A stretch of DNA of 63,973 nt, counting the filler, from Anaerolineae bacterium (GTDB taxonomy: Bacteria; Chloroflexota; Anaerolineae; Epilineales; Epilineaceae): NCBI GenBank assembly GCA_029262755.1. It is 8 parts of 8 records of this genome, joined end to end, with 100 filler letters (N's around TTAATTAATTAA, not from the genome) between each part and the next. Parts side by side here need not be neighbours in the genome. Positions count along the whole stretch, not along the records: positions 23,018 to 43,429 come from JAJCYU010000375.1; 7 more parts are not named here. The stretch is one strand, 5' to 3'. Positions 30,385 to 41,459 of the stretch are shown one piece after another. Position numbers and translations under genes: made by a program. The notes beneath the pieces are model-generated. The model made no database searches. It saw nothing but the letters and a program-made list of their open reading frames with translations, and was not told the DNA's origin. How positions within the stretch are numbered: position 1 is the first letter of the stretch; every line of letters starts with the position of its first letter.

Positions 30385-33300
30385 TCACTCGCAAGGCGGT
30401 GGGATCTTGGCCGCGACGTTCCGATAAACGGTGGACAGATCCTCGGTGCCCGGCGCGAAGAAATAGTAGCCGGGCGTGGTCGCCAAGATGCGCAACAAGT
30501 TCGGATCCGCATCGGGGCCGAGGCCGATCGTGAAGATCTTGACGCCGTAGCCATGCAAGCGCGTCGCCGAACGGAAGACGTCTGAGGCGCGCGATGCGGT
30601 GGGCCGACCGTCCGTCATCAGGACGATCACGGGCCGGCGATCGGGGTCAAAGTCGACGTTCGCCAAGACGCCGCCTGCCGTATCCAGCCCGGCGTCGATG
30701 CGGGTGCCCACCTCGATGGTCGTGGCCAGCAGCGCCTGGGAGACGGCCGCTCGGTCACGCGTAAGCTCCGACAGCACACGCGCCGAGTTGTTGAACTGCA
30801 CGGCGCCGATGCGGTCGTCCGGGTTCGTCATCAGGCTCACGAACTCGCGCGCCGCCGCGACCGCCGCAACGGCCTTCGTCGGCCCGTCGGGCCGCGTGCT
30901 GAGCTTCATGGACGACGAGGTGTCGACCACGAGCACGATGTCGAGGCCGTCACGCGGCTGCTCGCAGCGCCCGGTCTTGACGATCGGGATGTAGATCGCC
31001 TGCGGGAGCGGCGTCGGCGTCGGCGTGGGGCTCGGGGTCGGGCTGGGCGTGGGCGACGGTGTTGGGCTCGGGGTGACCGTGGGGCTCGGCGTCGGGGTCG
31101 GCGTGGGCGTGCGTGTCGGCGTGGGGCTCGGAGTCGGCGTGGGCTCCGGGGCGCGGACTCGGACGTACGGCACGGGGAAGGGCAACCGGCCCGGCCGGCC
31201 AAGCCCGTCGACGTGCTCCGAATCGGCGCGCACGTTCGTGGGCCACACTCCGCCCTCGAGCGGCTCCACGCGGTAGCTCAGGCGGAAGCCGGGCGGCTCT
31301 ACTCGACCCAAGCGCCAGGTGAGGGTGCGCGTCGACGGGTTCCAGTCCGACACGGGCGGCACGGCGCTGCCGTCGATGAAGCGCATGTTTTGGGGCACGA
31401 CGTCCGTGACCACGGCGTCCTCAAACAAGGGCGTCTCGCGCAGACGCCCCGCGATCTGGTCGTAGATGTCCTCCAGCTCGCCCTCGGTGGGGCTGAAGTA
31501 ATAGTGCGACGGATCGGTGGCCATGCGGCGCAACGTATTGGCATCCGCGTCCGCGCCGAGCCCGATCGTGAACACCGTGATCCCGTTGGAACGCACGCTG
31601 TCGATCACGGCGCTGAGATCCGAGAGGGGCACCGTGCGCACCTCGTGCCTGCCGTCGGACAGGAAGACGATCACCTTCTTGTTGCCCAGCCGCGACTCCG
31701 CGTAGCGGTGCGACAACCAGCCCGCCTCCAACGCGTCGATCAGGTTCGTGCTGCCTCCCGCGCGCAGGTCCCCAATACCGCGAATCACGTTCCCGACGTC
31801 GTCGCTCAGCGGCCGGTCGCGCGTCGAGGTCGTGGCGAAGGAGGCCAGGCCGAGACGCGAACGGGGGGCATCGATCTGCAGGACGAAGCCGATCGCCGCG
31901 GCCTTGGCCGCCAGCACCTTGGATCCGCTCATCGAGCCGGAGCGGTCGATGGTCAACACGATGTCGGCCGCGTCGTCGTCGGAAGGGCACGCGCCGTCGA
32001 CCACCAACTGTACCTCGACTTCCATGCCCAGCTCGACGACGGGCGGGTCGGCGGTCTTGTACGCGACGGCCGAGCAGCCGCCCGGTTCGCCGGGCAGCGG
32101 CGAACCCGCGGGCGCGTCGGGATCGGCCGCATACACGCGCACGGCGTCCTGGGCATCGCTCACGTAGAGCAGGCCGTCGGGCGCAAGCGAAAGGTCGGTC
32201 GGTCGCGCGCCCGCGCCGCCGACGGGAAACGCACCGCGCGCCGATCCGTCGGGCCCGAACACATGCACCCAGCCCACCTCGGTCAGGACGAAGGCGCTCC
32301 CGTCGGCATCCGACGCAACGCGCAGCGGGCGTCCGTCCAGCCGGCGCGCCCACAACGGGCGGCCGTCCAGCCCGAAGGCATCAACCGTCCAACGATACGG
32401 ATCGACCAGATGCACGGCATCGTCCGACACCGCGAGATCGGCCGCCCCGCGGAAATCCCCGTCCGGCCACGCCTTCGCGCCGGCCTCCGCCACGGGCCAC
32501 GAACCCACCTCGCGCAACGAGAGATCGAAGAGCCGCACGTGCTGCGCGACGAGGTCGAAGACCGCGACGCGGTCCCCGTGCGCATCGATCGCGACGGGCC
32601 ATTGGCCATCGGCGCGCGGCGGCGACCACGCGGCGTCGAAGCCCATCGGCCCCACGCGACGGATACGTCCGCTGCGCCAGAGCACGAAGCCGAGCGGTCC
32701 GGCCATGGCGACGTCAACGGGCGCCATGCGGTCCTCGTCGGCGAATCCGGCCGCATCGAGGAAGGAAATGTCCCGGCGCGGCGTGCCGGCGCGCGACCAG
32801 ACCTGGAGGCGCGGCGCGCCGTCCCCGAGCAGGGCCTCGTCGCCCACCGCGATGCGGCGCGGCCCCATCAACCGCCCAAACGTATCCGTGCCACGGTCCA
32901 GCAACAGGCGCAGGTCGCCGATCCGCACGAGGCCGTCCGGGAGGACCGTGGCCCACGCACCCTGCCCGCGTCCGGCGTCGGCGGCCACCGCGACGTCGCG
33001 CACGTCGGGGAAGGCTAAGCGGTCGAGCTCGAGTCCGGCCTTGGTCGTGATCAACAGACCACGGTCCGCGACCGCGGCGAGCCAATATTGGGACGCCGCC
33101 TCCGTCCAACGTTCCGCCGACCGAAGGCCGCGCAAGTTGTCCAGCACCGTAGCCTGGCGCGTGCCGCCCCAACGCACTTGGGTCAGCTCTCCCCGCGCCG
33201 CATCCGCGACATCGAAGAGCGCCATGGGCGGCGACGTTCCGGGCAGATCTCCGCGGTAGGCCAGACCGGCCGGCGCGCTCATGTCTTCCAAGGGCATGCT

Positions 33301-33876
33301 GCCGCGCAAGCGACCCGTATCGTCGAATAAGTGCAGGCGGTGCGTCGATCCCGAGAGCACGCCGACTTCCCCGCGCTCGGTCGTCGCGACACCGCGTGGA
33401 TCGACCACCGACCACGCTGCTTCACGGCTTGCGCCGTCGGCGCTGAAGAGGGACAACCGCCCTTCCTGTCCGCCGACGCCGGCGTCCGTCACCGCGACCC
33501 GACCATCCGGCAGCACGTCCACGTGACGCGGGTCCACAAAGGCACCGGCGCCGGGTCCGAGCAGGCCAAGCCACAAATCGTCGCCGTCGTAGATCCGCAC
33601 GGCCTCGGCCGTCCGATCGATCACGTACAAGCGCTCGCGCGCCGCGTCCCACGCCAAACCACCCGGCTCATGACCGGCCGGCCAATCCATGCCCGCCCAC
33701 GCGGCCCGAGGCTGGCTGCTCCATTGGCCGATCGGCGCATAGCGCACGCTCGCATCCGCGTCCGCGCTCGCCGTCCGCGCGGGCTGCCCCGCGCCCGAAG
33801 CGAGGGCGACGGTAGCCGCGACGAGTGCGGCCTGCGCGACGTGGACTCCGAACCTGCGCTGTGTGAGTGCGGACAT
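30385..33876 (-). CDS. Secreted NHL-like beta-propeller protein with two vWA domains (tandem paralog)
   Basis: Same architecture as 26749-30249; MIDAS motifs DRSGSM and DTSSSM; (TP)n linker; ends IPPPCE versus IIPCD. Confidence 0.9.
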   Translation of the reverse strand: MSALTQRRFGVHVAQAALVAATVALASGAGQPARTASADADASVRYAPIGQWSSQPRAAWAGMDWPAGHEPGGLAWDAARERLYVIDRTAEAVRIYDGDDLWLGLLGPGAGAFVDPRHVDVLPDGRVAVTDAGVGGQEGRLSLFSADGASREAAWSVVDPRGVATTERGEVGVLSGSTHRLHLFDDTGRLRGSMPLEDMSAPAGLAYRGDLPGTSPPMALFDVADAARGELTQVRWGGTRQATVLDNLRGLRSAERWTEAASQYWLAAVADRGLLITTKAGLELDRLAFPDVRDVAVAADAGRGQGAWATVLPDGLVRIGDLRLLLDRGTDTFGRLMGPRRIAVGDEALLGDGAPRLQVWSRAGTPRRDISFLDAAGFADEDRMAPVDVAMAGPLGFVLWRSGRIRRVGPMGFDAAWSPPRADGQWPVAIDAHGDRVAVFDLVAQHVRLFDLSLREVGSWPVAEAGAKAWPDGDFRGAADLAVSDDAVHLVDPYRWTVDAFGLDGRPLWARRLDGRPLRVASDADGSAFVLTEVGWVHVFGPDGSARGAFPVGGAGARPTDLSLAPDGLLYVSDAQDAVRVYAADPDAPAGSPLPGEPGGCSAVAYKTADPPVVELGMEVEVQLVVDGACPSDDDAADIVLTIDRSGSMSGSKVLAAKAAAIGFVLQIDAPRSRLGLASFATTSTRDRPLSDDVGNVIRGIGDLRAGGSTNLIDALEAGWLSHRYAESRLGNKKVIVFLSDGRHEVRTVPLSDLSAVIDSVRSNGITVFTIGLGADADANTLRRMATDPSHYYFSPTEGELEDIYDQIAGRLRETPLFEDAVVTDVVPQNMRFIDGSAVPPVSDWNPSTRTLTWRLGRVEPPGFRLSYRVEPLEGGVWPTNVRADSEHVDGLGRPGRLPFPVPYVRVRAPEPTPTPSPTPTRTPTPTPTPSPTVTPSPTPSPTPSPTPSPTPTPTPLPQAIYIPIVKTGRCEQPRDGLDIVLVVDTSSSMKLSTRPDGPTKAVAAVAAAREFVSLMTNPDDRIGAVQFNNSARVLSELTRDRAAVSQALLATTIEVGTRIDAGLDTAGGVLANVDFDPDRRPVIVLMTDGRPTASRASDVFRSATRLHGYGVKIFTIGLGPDADPNLLRILATTPGYYFFAPGTEDLSTVYRNVAAKIPPPCE

Positions 33877-34074
33877 GGCCGCGCCCCTTGGTCAAAGCTT
33901 CGCGAACGGCCGATCGGCCGGGACGATAAAGGCGGACCCCACGCTCAGGCGGGCTCCGCATCGGTTATTTCTATGTTAATCAATCTACCATAGCGGGGGC
34001 TCGATGTCTACACGCAGCCTGGCGGGGTGCAAGATAGAGGGCGCGGAGGGGCCGATCCGAAGGAGATCTTCACA

Positions 34075-34548
34075 ATGAATCAGCCCACGAATACAGGTAA
34101 GCGCCAACCTACCGCGCTGCCCTTGATAATCCTGGGAGCCGCCATCCTTGTTTTTTGGCTCTCGACAACGGGCTTAGGTCGCGCAGGATTCGCCCCAGGC
34201 CCCACCCCCGTCCCCACCGCGGTAGTTCCCACCTTCATCTTCGCCACAACATCCCCGAATTCCACCGCTACCCAAATCCCCCTGGGCATCAAGAAATCAT
34301 GGCCGACGGGCCAGCCGCTCCACACGACTGTTCCCGGAGACTCCATGGCGACCAACGTACCGTCTCCCTTCGACACTCCCGGACCTCCTATCACGGCAAC
34401 CTGGGAGTATCCCCCCATGGAGACCAACACTCCGTCTCCTTTCGATACGCCGACAGACCCTCCCCCGAAGCTTCGCGACACGCCTGATCCAGCTAGGCCG
34501 ACTGCTCCTCCATTGGACATCACCCCCATACGGCCATGGTGGCCGTAG
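34075..34548 (+). CDS. Small membrane-anchored Pro/Thr-rich hypothetical protein
   Basis: AGGAG SD; one N-terminal hydrophobic helix; duplicated MxTNxPSPFDTP motif. Confidence 0.65.
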   Translation: MNQPTNTGKRQPTALPLIILGAAILVFWLSTTGLGRAGFAPGPTPVPTAVVPTFIFATTSPNSTATQIPLGIKKSWPTGQPLHTTVPGDSMATNVPSPFDTPGPPITATWEYPPMETNTPSPFDTPTDPPPKLRDTPDPARPTAPPLDITPIRPWWP

Positions 34549-34751
34549 GTCGAGCATATTCACAGTTCTTTCGGGATCTTGGATCAATCGTATCCAGCGA
34601 ACGTTGCGAGCTTCTGCAAGTTGAGCCGCTGCATGGTGTAGCGTGATTGTCTTGGTCGAGTTTGATCCTGAAGCTCTATAATCGCCGCTCCTACGCACGG
34701 GCTTTGGTCACACGAAGCCTGGATTCACGCCTGCATCGAGGAGCGCCGCCC

Positions 34752-36158
34752 GTGACCCCCGATCTACCGCGCCTGCGCGCCGTCGAGCCCCTGCGCTTCG
34801 TGCGCGACGGCGAGCCCGTCATCGCGCTGCGCGACCCGCTGCAGCTCGCGGCGGACGGCGGCACGATGGTGGTCCCGCCCGCCATGGCGCCCTTGCTCGC
34901 ACTCGTCGACGGGACGCGCGACCATGCCACCTTGGCGCGCGACGTCCACGCGCTCCACGGCCTCGAGCTCGCGCCCACCATCGTCGACGCGCTGATCGAC
35001 GCGCTCGACGAACGCTGTCTGCTCGACAACGCGCGCGCCACCGCTGCACGCGACGCCCGCCTCGCCGCGTGGCGCGACCTGCCCGAACGCCCCGCCAGCC
35101 ACGCGGGCGCCGTGTACCCAGCGCAGCCCGAAGCGCTGCGCGCAGCGTTCGCGGACTGGATCCGCATCGCGGCCCACCGCGGCGACCTGACCATGGCGCA
35201 AGCCGACGCGGTCATCGCAGCGAGCAGCGAAAGCGCGGAAACAGCGGAACCGATCATGGCGAACGGAGCCACGTTGGCGGTCGAGACGCTCGATGCGGTC
35301 GCGACAGCCGACCCAATCCCCACGAAGCCAACGACTCCGGCCCGATCCACCACCACCGAAAACCCTGCCGGAGGCATGTTGTTTCCGTTCGGCCTGCTCA
35401 GCCCGCACATCGATTACGGGCGCGGCGGCGCAACATACGGCGCCGTCTGGGCCAAGGCCGCTGCGGCGGCGCGCATGGCGGATCGGGCGATCTTGATCGG
35501 CACGGATCACGGTGGGCCGCCCGGCAGCGTCACGCTCACGCGGCAGAGCTACGCCACGCCCTTCGGGCGCCTGCCTACGCCCCAGGCGCTCGTCGACCGG
35601 CTGGCCGACGCGCTAGGCGAGGACGCCGTCTTCAGCGGCGAGCTGCGGCACCGCGACGAGCATGCCATCGAGTTGGTCGCGCTGTGGCTGCACTACGTGC
35701 GGGGCGGCCGCCCGCTGCCCATGCTACCTATCCTGGTCGGCGGCTTCGACCACTACGCGCCCGACCCCGAGGCCCCCTTCGCCGACCCGCGCATCCGCAC
35801 CCTCGTCGACGAGCTGCGCGCCATCGCTGCCGACGGCCGGACGCTCGTCATCGCCTCCGGCGATTTGGCCCACGTGGGTCCCGCGTTCCACGGCGCACCG
35901 CTGGACGGTCCGGCGCGCGCCCGGCTGGCCGGCACCGACGGCGAGCTGACCTCGCGCATCACGGCGGCGGATCCGTCCGGCTTCCTGGCCGCCATCCAAC
36001 GCGTGGCCAACGGCAACAACGTCTGCGGCGTCGCGCCCCTGTGGCTGGCCATGCAAATCGTGCAGCCGTCGGGCGGCGCCGTCACCGCCTACCAGCAATG
36101 CCCCGCCGACGAGCAGGACACGTCGTGGGTATCCGTGGTGGGCGCGACCTTCTCGTAG
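34752..36158 (+). CDS. amrB: AmmeMemoRadiSam system protein B (MEMO1 family)
   Basis: LPRLRAVE...LRDPL N-domain; SHAGAVYP, SPHIDY, GTDH, EHAIE, ASGDLAHVGP and NVCG motifs. Confidence 0.9.
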   Translation: MTPDLPRLRAVEPLRFVRDGEPVIALRDPLQLAADGGTMVVPPAMAPLLALVDGTRDHATLARDVHALHGLELAPTIVDALIDALDERCLLDNARATAARDARLAAWRDLPERPASHAGAVYPAQPEALRAAFADWIRIAAHRGDLTMAQADAVIAASSESAETAEPIMANGATLAVETLDAVATADPIPTKPTTPARSTTTENPAGGMLFPFGLLSPHIDYGRGGATYGAVWAKAAAAARMADRAILIGTDHGGPPGSVTLTRQSYATPFGRLPTPQALVDRLADALGEDAVFSGELRHRDEHAIELVALWLHYVRGGRPLPMLPILVGGFDHYAPDPEAPFADPRIRTLVDELRAIAADGRTLVIASGDLAHVGPAFHGAPLDGPARARLAGTDGELTSRITAADPSGFLAAIQRVANGNNVCGVAPLWLAMQIVQPSGGAVTAYQQCPADEQDTSWVSVVGATFS

Positions 36159-36175
36159 CGGAAGTACGAGGCCCT

Positions 36176-37273
36176 CTAGCGTGACCCTCCCGGCGAATCC
36201 GCGGAGCCCGCGACGATCGACACGAGGTCCACGACGCGTCGCGCGTAGCCCCACTCGTTGTCGTACCACGCCACCACCTTGGCCACCCGCTCGCCGACGA
36301 TCATCGTCGAGAGCCCGTCCACGATAGCGGAACGGGCGGAGCCGAGGATGTCGCTGGAGACGAGCGGTTCGTGCGTTATCGAGAGGACGTCGCGGTAGCT
36401 CGCGTCCGCCTCGGCCGCCGCGAAGGCCTCGTGCAGCGCGGCCTTGGTCATCGGATCGCGGGTGCCGAAGGTAAAGTCGATCACGGAGCCGTCCGGCACG
36501 GGCACCCGGAACGCCATGCCCTGGATCCGCCCAGCCAAATGCGGCAGCACGTCGCCGATGGCCGTGGCCGCGCCCGTCGTGGTCGGCACGATGTTCCACG
36601 CGGCCGCCCGCCCGCGCCGCGGCTTCTTGTGCGCCTGATCGACCAGGGCCTGCGACCCGGTGTAGGCATGGATCGTCGACAGCGCGCCCCACGTCAGACC
36701 GAATGCTTCGTCGATGCAGCGCGCCACGGGGGCCAGGCAGTTGGTCGTGCAGCTGGCGTTGGAGATTCGGTCGTGCAGCGCCGGATCGTAGTCCTCGTGG
36801 TTCACCCCGACGCACAGGGTCACATCGACGCCGTCCGGCTTTGCCGGCGCCGTGAGGATGACCTTGCGCGCGCCCGCCGACAGGTGCTTGCCGAGCCCCT
36901 CCCGGTCGCGGAAGACGCCGGTGGCATCGATCGCGACGTCCACGCCCAGGTCGGCCCACGGCAACGCCGCCGGATCGCGCTCCTGGAAGATGCGCACCGT
37001 TTGGCCGTCGATCCGCAGCTGTCCGGGCTCGCTCTCGATCTGGGTTGCCTCGCCGCGCCCGCGATGGACGGAGTCGTAGCGCAAGAGGTAGACGATCTGC
37101 TCGAGCGAGATGATGTCGTTGACGGCCACGATCTCGATCGCGTCCGGCCCACTCTGCAGGAGGTTGCGAAACGTGAGCTCGCCGATGCGGCCGAAGCCGT
37201 TGATGGCGACGCGCAAGGGGCGGCCGGGCGAATCTCCGGTGGTCGAAGCGCTGGAATCGGTCACGGCTGGCAT
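36176..37273 (-). CDS. gap: Type I glyceraldehyde-3-phosphate dehydrogenase
   Basis: INGFGRIG, YDSVH, SNASCTTNCLAP, NIVPTTTGAA, RVP and WYDNEWGY motifs. Confidence 0.95.
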   Translation of the reverse strand: MPAVTDSSASTTGDSPGRPLRVAINGFGRIGELTFRNLLQSGPDAIEIVAVNDIISLEQIVYLLRYDSVHRGRGEATQIESEPGQLRIDGQTVRIFQERDPAALPWADLGVDVAIDATGVFRDREGLGKHLSAGARKVILTAPAKPDGVDVTLCVGVNHEDYDPALHDRISNASCTTNCLAPVARCIDEAFGLTWGALSTIHAYTGSQALVDQAHKKPRRGRAAAWNIVPTTTGAATAIGDVLPHLAGRIQGMAFRVPVPDGSVIDFTFGTRDPMTKAALHEAFAAAEADASYRDVLSITHEPLVSSDILGSARSAIVDGLSTMIVGERVAKVVAWYDNEWGYARRVVDLVSIVAGSADSPGGSR

Positions 37274-37452
37274 TCCTTGGTCGTTGGGGAAGAGGGCCGG
37301 GATGGCGTAGGGACGGGCCGTTGTCCGTGCTTCGTCTCGCCGCGAAGGGTAGCCGTCCGCGTCGTCGGCTGGTATCCTCGACCCTCCTCATGCCCACAAT
37401 GTTCTCGCGAACCCGTCGCTCACCGCGACGCTGACGTGCCACGGAGATTCCT

Positions 37453-38730
37453 TTGAGCGACCAGCCCTGGGCTCAGCCCATGCCCGACGAGCAATTCGAC
37501 CTCATGCGCCGCATCCTTGCAGCGCCCAGCCCCATCGGCCTCGAGGGCGCGATGACGCACGGCGTGCTGGAGCCATACTTCCGCTCGTTCATGCCCGACG
37601 GCTGGGCCATCCACCGCTTCCGCGGCAACGCGGGGATCGTGCTCGACTCCATGCCGGACGCCGATCCGAATAACACCCTGTCCGTCATGCTCATCGGCCA
37701 CGCGGACAAGATCCGCATGCAGGTGCGCAGCATCGGCCCGACAGGCAAGATCTGGGTCAACAGCGATTCCTTCCTCGCCCAGACCTTGATCGGCCACGAG
37801 GTGCAGCTCTTCAGCGAGAACCCGGAGGAACCGGGGAGTTATCGCATCCTGGAGGGCGGGACGATCGAGGCGGTGGGCGCCATTCACTTCGCCGCCCCCA
37901 AGCTGCGTTCCGGCACCGATGGCATCAAGGGCAACATGCTCTACCTCGAGCTGCAGGTGCACGGTGAAAAGAAGAAGGCGCAGATCGAGGCCCTCGGCAT
38001 CCGACCGGGCGATCCGATCCTGCTCAAGCGCCCCATCCGCCGCGGATTCTCACCCGACACGTTCTACGGCGCCTACCTGGACAACGGCCTTGGCTGCTTC
38101 GTCACGGCCGAGACCGCGCGCCTTGTGGCGGAGCACGGCGGCTTCGACCACGTGCGCTGCCTCTTCGGCATCGCGACCCACGAGGAGATCGGCCGCTACG
38201 GCAGCCGCGTCATGGCACGCAAGTTCGCGCCCGACGTTCTCATCGGCGCGGACGTCAGCCACGACTTCAAGTCCGCGCCCGGCGTTGGCGGTCGGCGCTA
38301 TCCACCCATCGCGATGGGCCAGGGCTTCTCGCTCGACGCGGGCTCGATCACGAGCGCGCAGCTCAACACGCTGATCGCCGAAGCCGCAAAAGCACACGAC
38401 GTACCCATGCAATTCGACTTCGGCGGCCGCGACACCGGCACCGACGCGATGGCCGGCGTCTTCGCCGCCATCGACACCGCCGCGACCTCCGTCGGCTTCC
38501 CGATCCGCAACATGCACACGATCAGCGAGTCCGGCCATACGGCCGACGTCCTATCCGCCATCTGGGGCATGTACTACGCGTTGGAATCCATGGACGAACA
38601 AGACGTCATGGCCGACGACTTCCGCACGGGCCACCCGCGCCTGGACCACGTCACGGCCATCGAGGCCATCGACCCGGCAACGCTGTACGAGGACGCCGAG
38701 GCCGACGAGGACGAAGAAGAGGACGATTAG
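37453..38730 (+). CDS. M42 family metallo-aminopeptidase
   Basis: GHADKI, YLDNGLG, HEEIG, ADVSHD, GTDAM and RNMHT metal-ligand motifs; TTG start (alternative ATG at 37480). Confidence 0.9.
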   Translation: MSDQPWAQPMPDEQFDLMRRILAAPSPIGLEGAMTHGVLEPYFRSFMPDGWAIHRFRGNAGIVLDSMPDADPNNTLSVMLIGHADKIRMQVRSIGPTGKIWVNSDSFLAQTLIGHEVQLFSENPEEPGSYRILEGGTIEAVGAIHFAAPKLRSGTDGIKGNMLYLELQVHGEKKKAQIEALGIRPGDPILLKRPIRRGFSPDTFYGAYLDNGLGCFVTAETARLVAEHGGFDHVRCLFGIATHEEIGRYGSRVMARKFAPDVLIGADVSHDFKSAPGVGGRRYPPIAMGQGFSLDAGSITSAQLNTLIAEAAKAHDVPMQFDFGGRDTGTDAMAGVFAAIDTAATSVGFPIRNMHTISESGHTADVLSAIWGMYYALESMDEQDVMADDFRTGHPRLDHVTAIEAIDPATLYEDAEADEDEEEDD

Positions 38731-38864
38731 CGCCGGCGCGCGCGGAGCTCCGAGCGATCGCGGAGCGCCGAGCGATCGCGAGATTGCCTGACGGAAAACT
38801 TCGCGTCGTCGACGCGACGGCGCGGAGTTGCGCGGCGAGCATCGATGCCATCCGAAACACCCGC

Positions 38865-38906
38865 CCGGCTGGACGGACGTCGCCGATGCGGCGACCGTCC
38901 AGCCGG
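38865..38906. terminator. GC hairpin between convergent genes
   Basis: CCGGCTGGACGG...TCGCCG-ATG-CGGCGA-CCGTCCAGCCGG. Confidence 0.55.
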
Positions 38907-38934
38907 ACTCGTTTAGCGTGCGATCGTCCGTCGT

Positions 38935-41286
38935 CTACGGGGCATGTTCGTTGTAGGCCAGCGGCAGGTAGCTGAAAAACACCTGCGTGGGAACCGGAGT
39001 CGCTCTAGCCCCAGGCGTTCGCGTAGCATCCGGCACGCGCGTCGGCGGACGGATCTGCGTCGGCCACGGCGTCGGCGTCCGAGCCCCGAGAGTCTGGCCG
39101 CACACCTCGAAGCGGGTCACGAACGGGCCGGGCTCGAAGCGCGCTTGGGCGCTCGTTGGGATCGACATCGCCGGATGGGCGTACGAATGATCGCCCGGCT
39201 CCGCGTCCGTACCGTCGCCGCTCGCCGCTCGCGTGCGATGCGTCACGACGGCCGATAGCTGCGCCATGGGCGCAATCGCCCCGCCGCCTTCCGGCGCCGC
39301 ATGATCCCAGACCGTAGCGCTGATCACGCCGCTGCCTCGGAAGCCTGCATTGAGGGTATCCCACGAGGCGAAGTCGAAGTTCATCACGTCGCCGGCGCCG
39401 AGCCGCTCGCATGTGAAGTCGAGAAACCCGTTCGAATCAAAGATCATCAGCGCGAACCTTGTGCTACCCGGCGTCACGGCTTCGTTCGCGACGAAAATCT
39501 CGGTTGTGGACCCGCCGCTGATCCCGGTCTTCATCAGGACCGGCACGCCGAGCAGGCCGCCGCGTGCGGAGACCCGCCGGCTGCTGACGGCGCCGGACCA
39601 TGCCGGCGCCACGGTATAGCCCATGATCTCCGCGGGCTCCGGCGAGCCCGTATCGCGCAAGGTGAGCACGGCAGCCGCGATCCCCGGAGCACCGGCGCCG
39701 TCACCTGCATCGGCGACGCTCTCGATCCGCAGGCCGCCCTTGGCCATGAGCGGCTCGTCCTCCGCCACCTCCGTACCGATATCGACCACAACGCTCCCGA
39801 GGGCGGGCACCTCGCGGGTGAAGGACATACCCGACCATATGCGTCCCTGCGGCGTAAAGCGCACCGTCGTGCTCCGGGTGGTATCCGTGTTCTGGACGTG
39901 TACCCGGCTGCTCCAACCCTCGTCGTCGATGATGACGCTCGGCGCCAACAAGTCGGTCTCCACGGGCGGCGTCACGCCGTTCACCGGTCCGGCCCCGAAA
40001 GGTCTGCCTTCCAGCGTGGCGATGCTCTGCGCCGAGCGCAGATCGGCCGTCACCGCGAGCGGCTGCGTGCCGCGCACGATCACCGAACCGTCGAAGACCC
40101 CGGCCTGCGCGCACGCGCTCAGATCGATCTGCGCACTCTCGCCGGGTGCCACGCCTAGAACGGACTGCGGGCATGGAGCGCCGCTCGAGCCATCGTCCGA
40201 TGTGCCCGAGACGCGGAAGTCGATCTGAAGCTCCGTGCACGCCACGCCGGCGTTCTGGACGTGCAGTAATGTACCCATCGAGGGATCCGGATGAGCGTTC
40301 GCGGACGGCACCGCAATGTGGTAGGCGCCCGATGGATCCGGTGCGCCGAGCGCTGCATCCAGTACCCCGACGAAAGCGCTCCTTCGGGTCCGCTCGGGTT
40401 CTCCGGGCATCGGGCAATCGCGCTCGACGGACACCGAGATCGGCGCGCCCGCGACCCGTTCCTGTGGAATCCCTGCGAAGTTCCCACCGATACGATAGGC
40501 ATCGAGGAAACGCCGGTAATCGTCCACGTCACCGACGACTCCAAAGAAGAGCGTCTCGCACATGATGTCCGCCGCGACGTCGTCGAATCCCATATCGATG
40601 TCCAGTGCGGATAGCTGCTGCGTCGAGAAGGACACCATGGCCGCGCTCTGCGTGCCGACGGGAATCTGCGCCGACGCAAGGCGCCATGTTCCGCCCGGCC
40701 GAATCATTCCGGTGCACTCGACCTTGAGCGGGCCGTTGGCCTGCGGCGGGCACGCGCCCGCCTCGCCCCAAGAGATGAGCACGACTTTCGCTGGCTCGTG
40801 CCCGAGGTTCTGCACATTCATCGCCAGCAAGCAACTCGCCTCACCCACGGCAAGGGCAAGTCCGGGTATCCAAACGATCCGCGACCCGGAGCGCATCGCT
40901 GCATCGGGGTCGACAACGTCCGGCGCCAGAGCGGTGCGCGCAGTCGAGCGAACGGCGCCGAACGCGTCTGCGGCGCCGGAGGCGTTGGGCGCGTGGCCCT
41001 CGTTGGCTGCGGCGTGCGCCCGTCGAGGCACCGCGAGTCCCTCGGCCGAGCGATCGCTCAGCGACAGGGGTACCGCAGTCCGGGACGGCGCCAGCGACCA
41101 GGCCCCGACCGCCACGAAGGCGGCGGTCAGGAGCAGCGCGAAGGCGCCGCGAACGGCTAGGCCGGCGCGAGGGTGCTCGAAGAGGCGACTGCGAGCGGGC
41201 GGATGGGGGGAACGACGGGGATGTCTATACGGAGACGGTTCGGCGACATCGTGGGCATGGTTCGGAAACGGCGAGGGGAAGCGCAT
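38935..41286 (-). CDS. Large secreted Cys-containing protein with Ig-like modules and a C-terminal YLP motif
   Basis: GGAGG SD; N-terminal TM/signal; modules starting VQNLG, VQNAG, VQNTD and VANEA; Pro/Thr linker; ends FFSYLPLAYNEHAP. Confidence 0.8.
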   Translation of the reverse strand: MRFPSPFPNHAHDVAEPSPYRHPRRSPHPPARSRLFEHPRAGLAVRGAFALLLTAAFVAVGAWSLAPSRTAVPLSLSDRSAEGLAVPRRAHAAANEGHAPNASGAADAFGAVRSTARTALAPDVVDPDAAMRSGSRIVWIPGLALAVGEASCLLAMNVQNLGHEPAKVVLISWGEAGACPPQANGPLKVECTGMIRPGGTWRLASAQIPVGTQSAAMVSFSTQQLSALDIDMGFDDVAADIMCETLFFGVVGDVDDYRRFLDAYRIGGNFAGIPQERVAGAPISVSVERDCPMPGEPERTRRSAFVGVLDAALGAPDPSGAYHIAVPSANAHPDPSMGTLLHVQNAGVACTELQIDFRVSGTSDDGSSGAPCPQSVLGVAPGESAQIDLSACAQAGVFDGSVIVRGTQPLAVTADLRSAQSIATLEGRPFGAGPVNGVTPPVETDLLAPSVIIDDEGWSSRVHVQNTDTTRSTTVRFTPQGRIWSGMSFTREVPALGSVVVDIGTEVAEDEPLMAKGGLRIESVADAGDGAGAPGIAAAVLTLRDTGSPEPAEIMGYTVAPAWSGAVSSRRVSARGGLLGVPVLMKTGISGGSTTEIFVANEAVTPGSTRFALMIFDSNGFLDFTCERLGAGDVMNFDFASWDTLNAGFRGSGVISATVWDHAAPEGGGAIAPMAQLSAVVTHRTRAASGDGTDAEPGDHSYAHPAMSIPTSAQARFEPGPFVTRFEVCGQTLGARTPTPWPTQIRPPTRVPDATRTPGARATPVPTQVFFSYLPLAYNEHAP

Positions 41287-41459
41287 GCAACCTCCAGCGA
41301 CTGTGTGGGCGGTGGCGCACGGTGAGGGCAGAGACGCGGCTTCCCGTAGAAACGATATGCAGGGATGCGGATCGCGAGGGCGCGCACGGGCACGATCGCG
41401 TTCGAATGGAAGCTCGATGGGCTGGGTTCTCGAACATCCCGTGCGTGGACGGCACGCGG

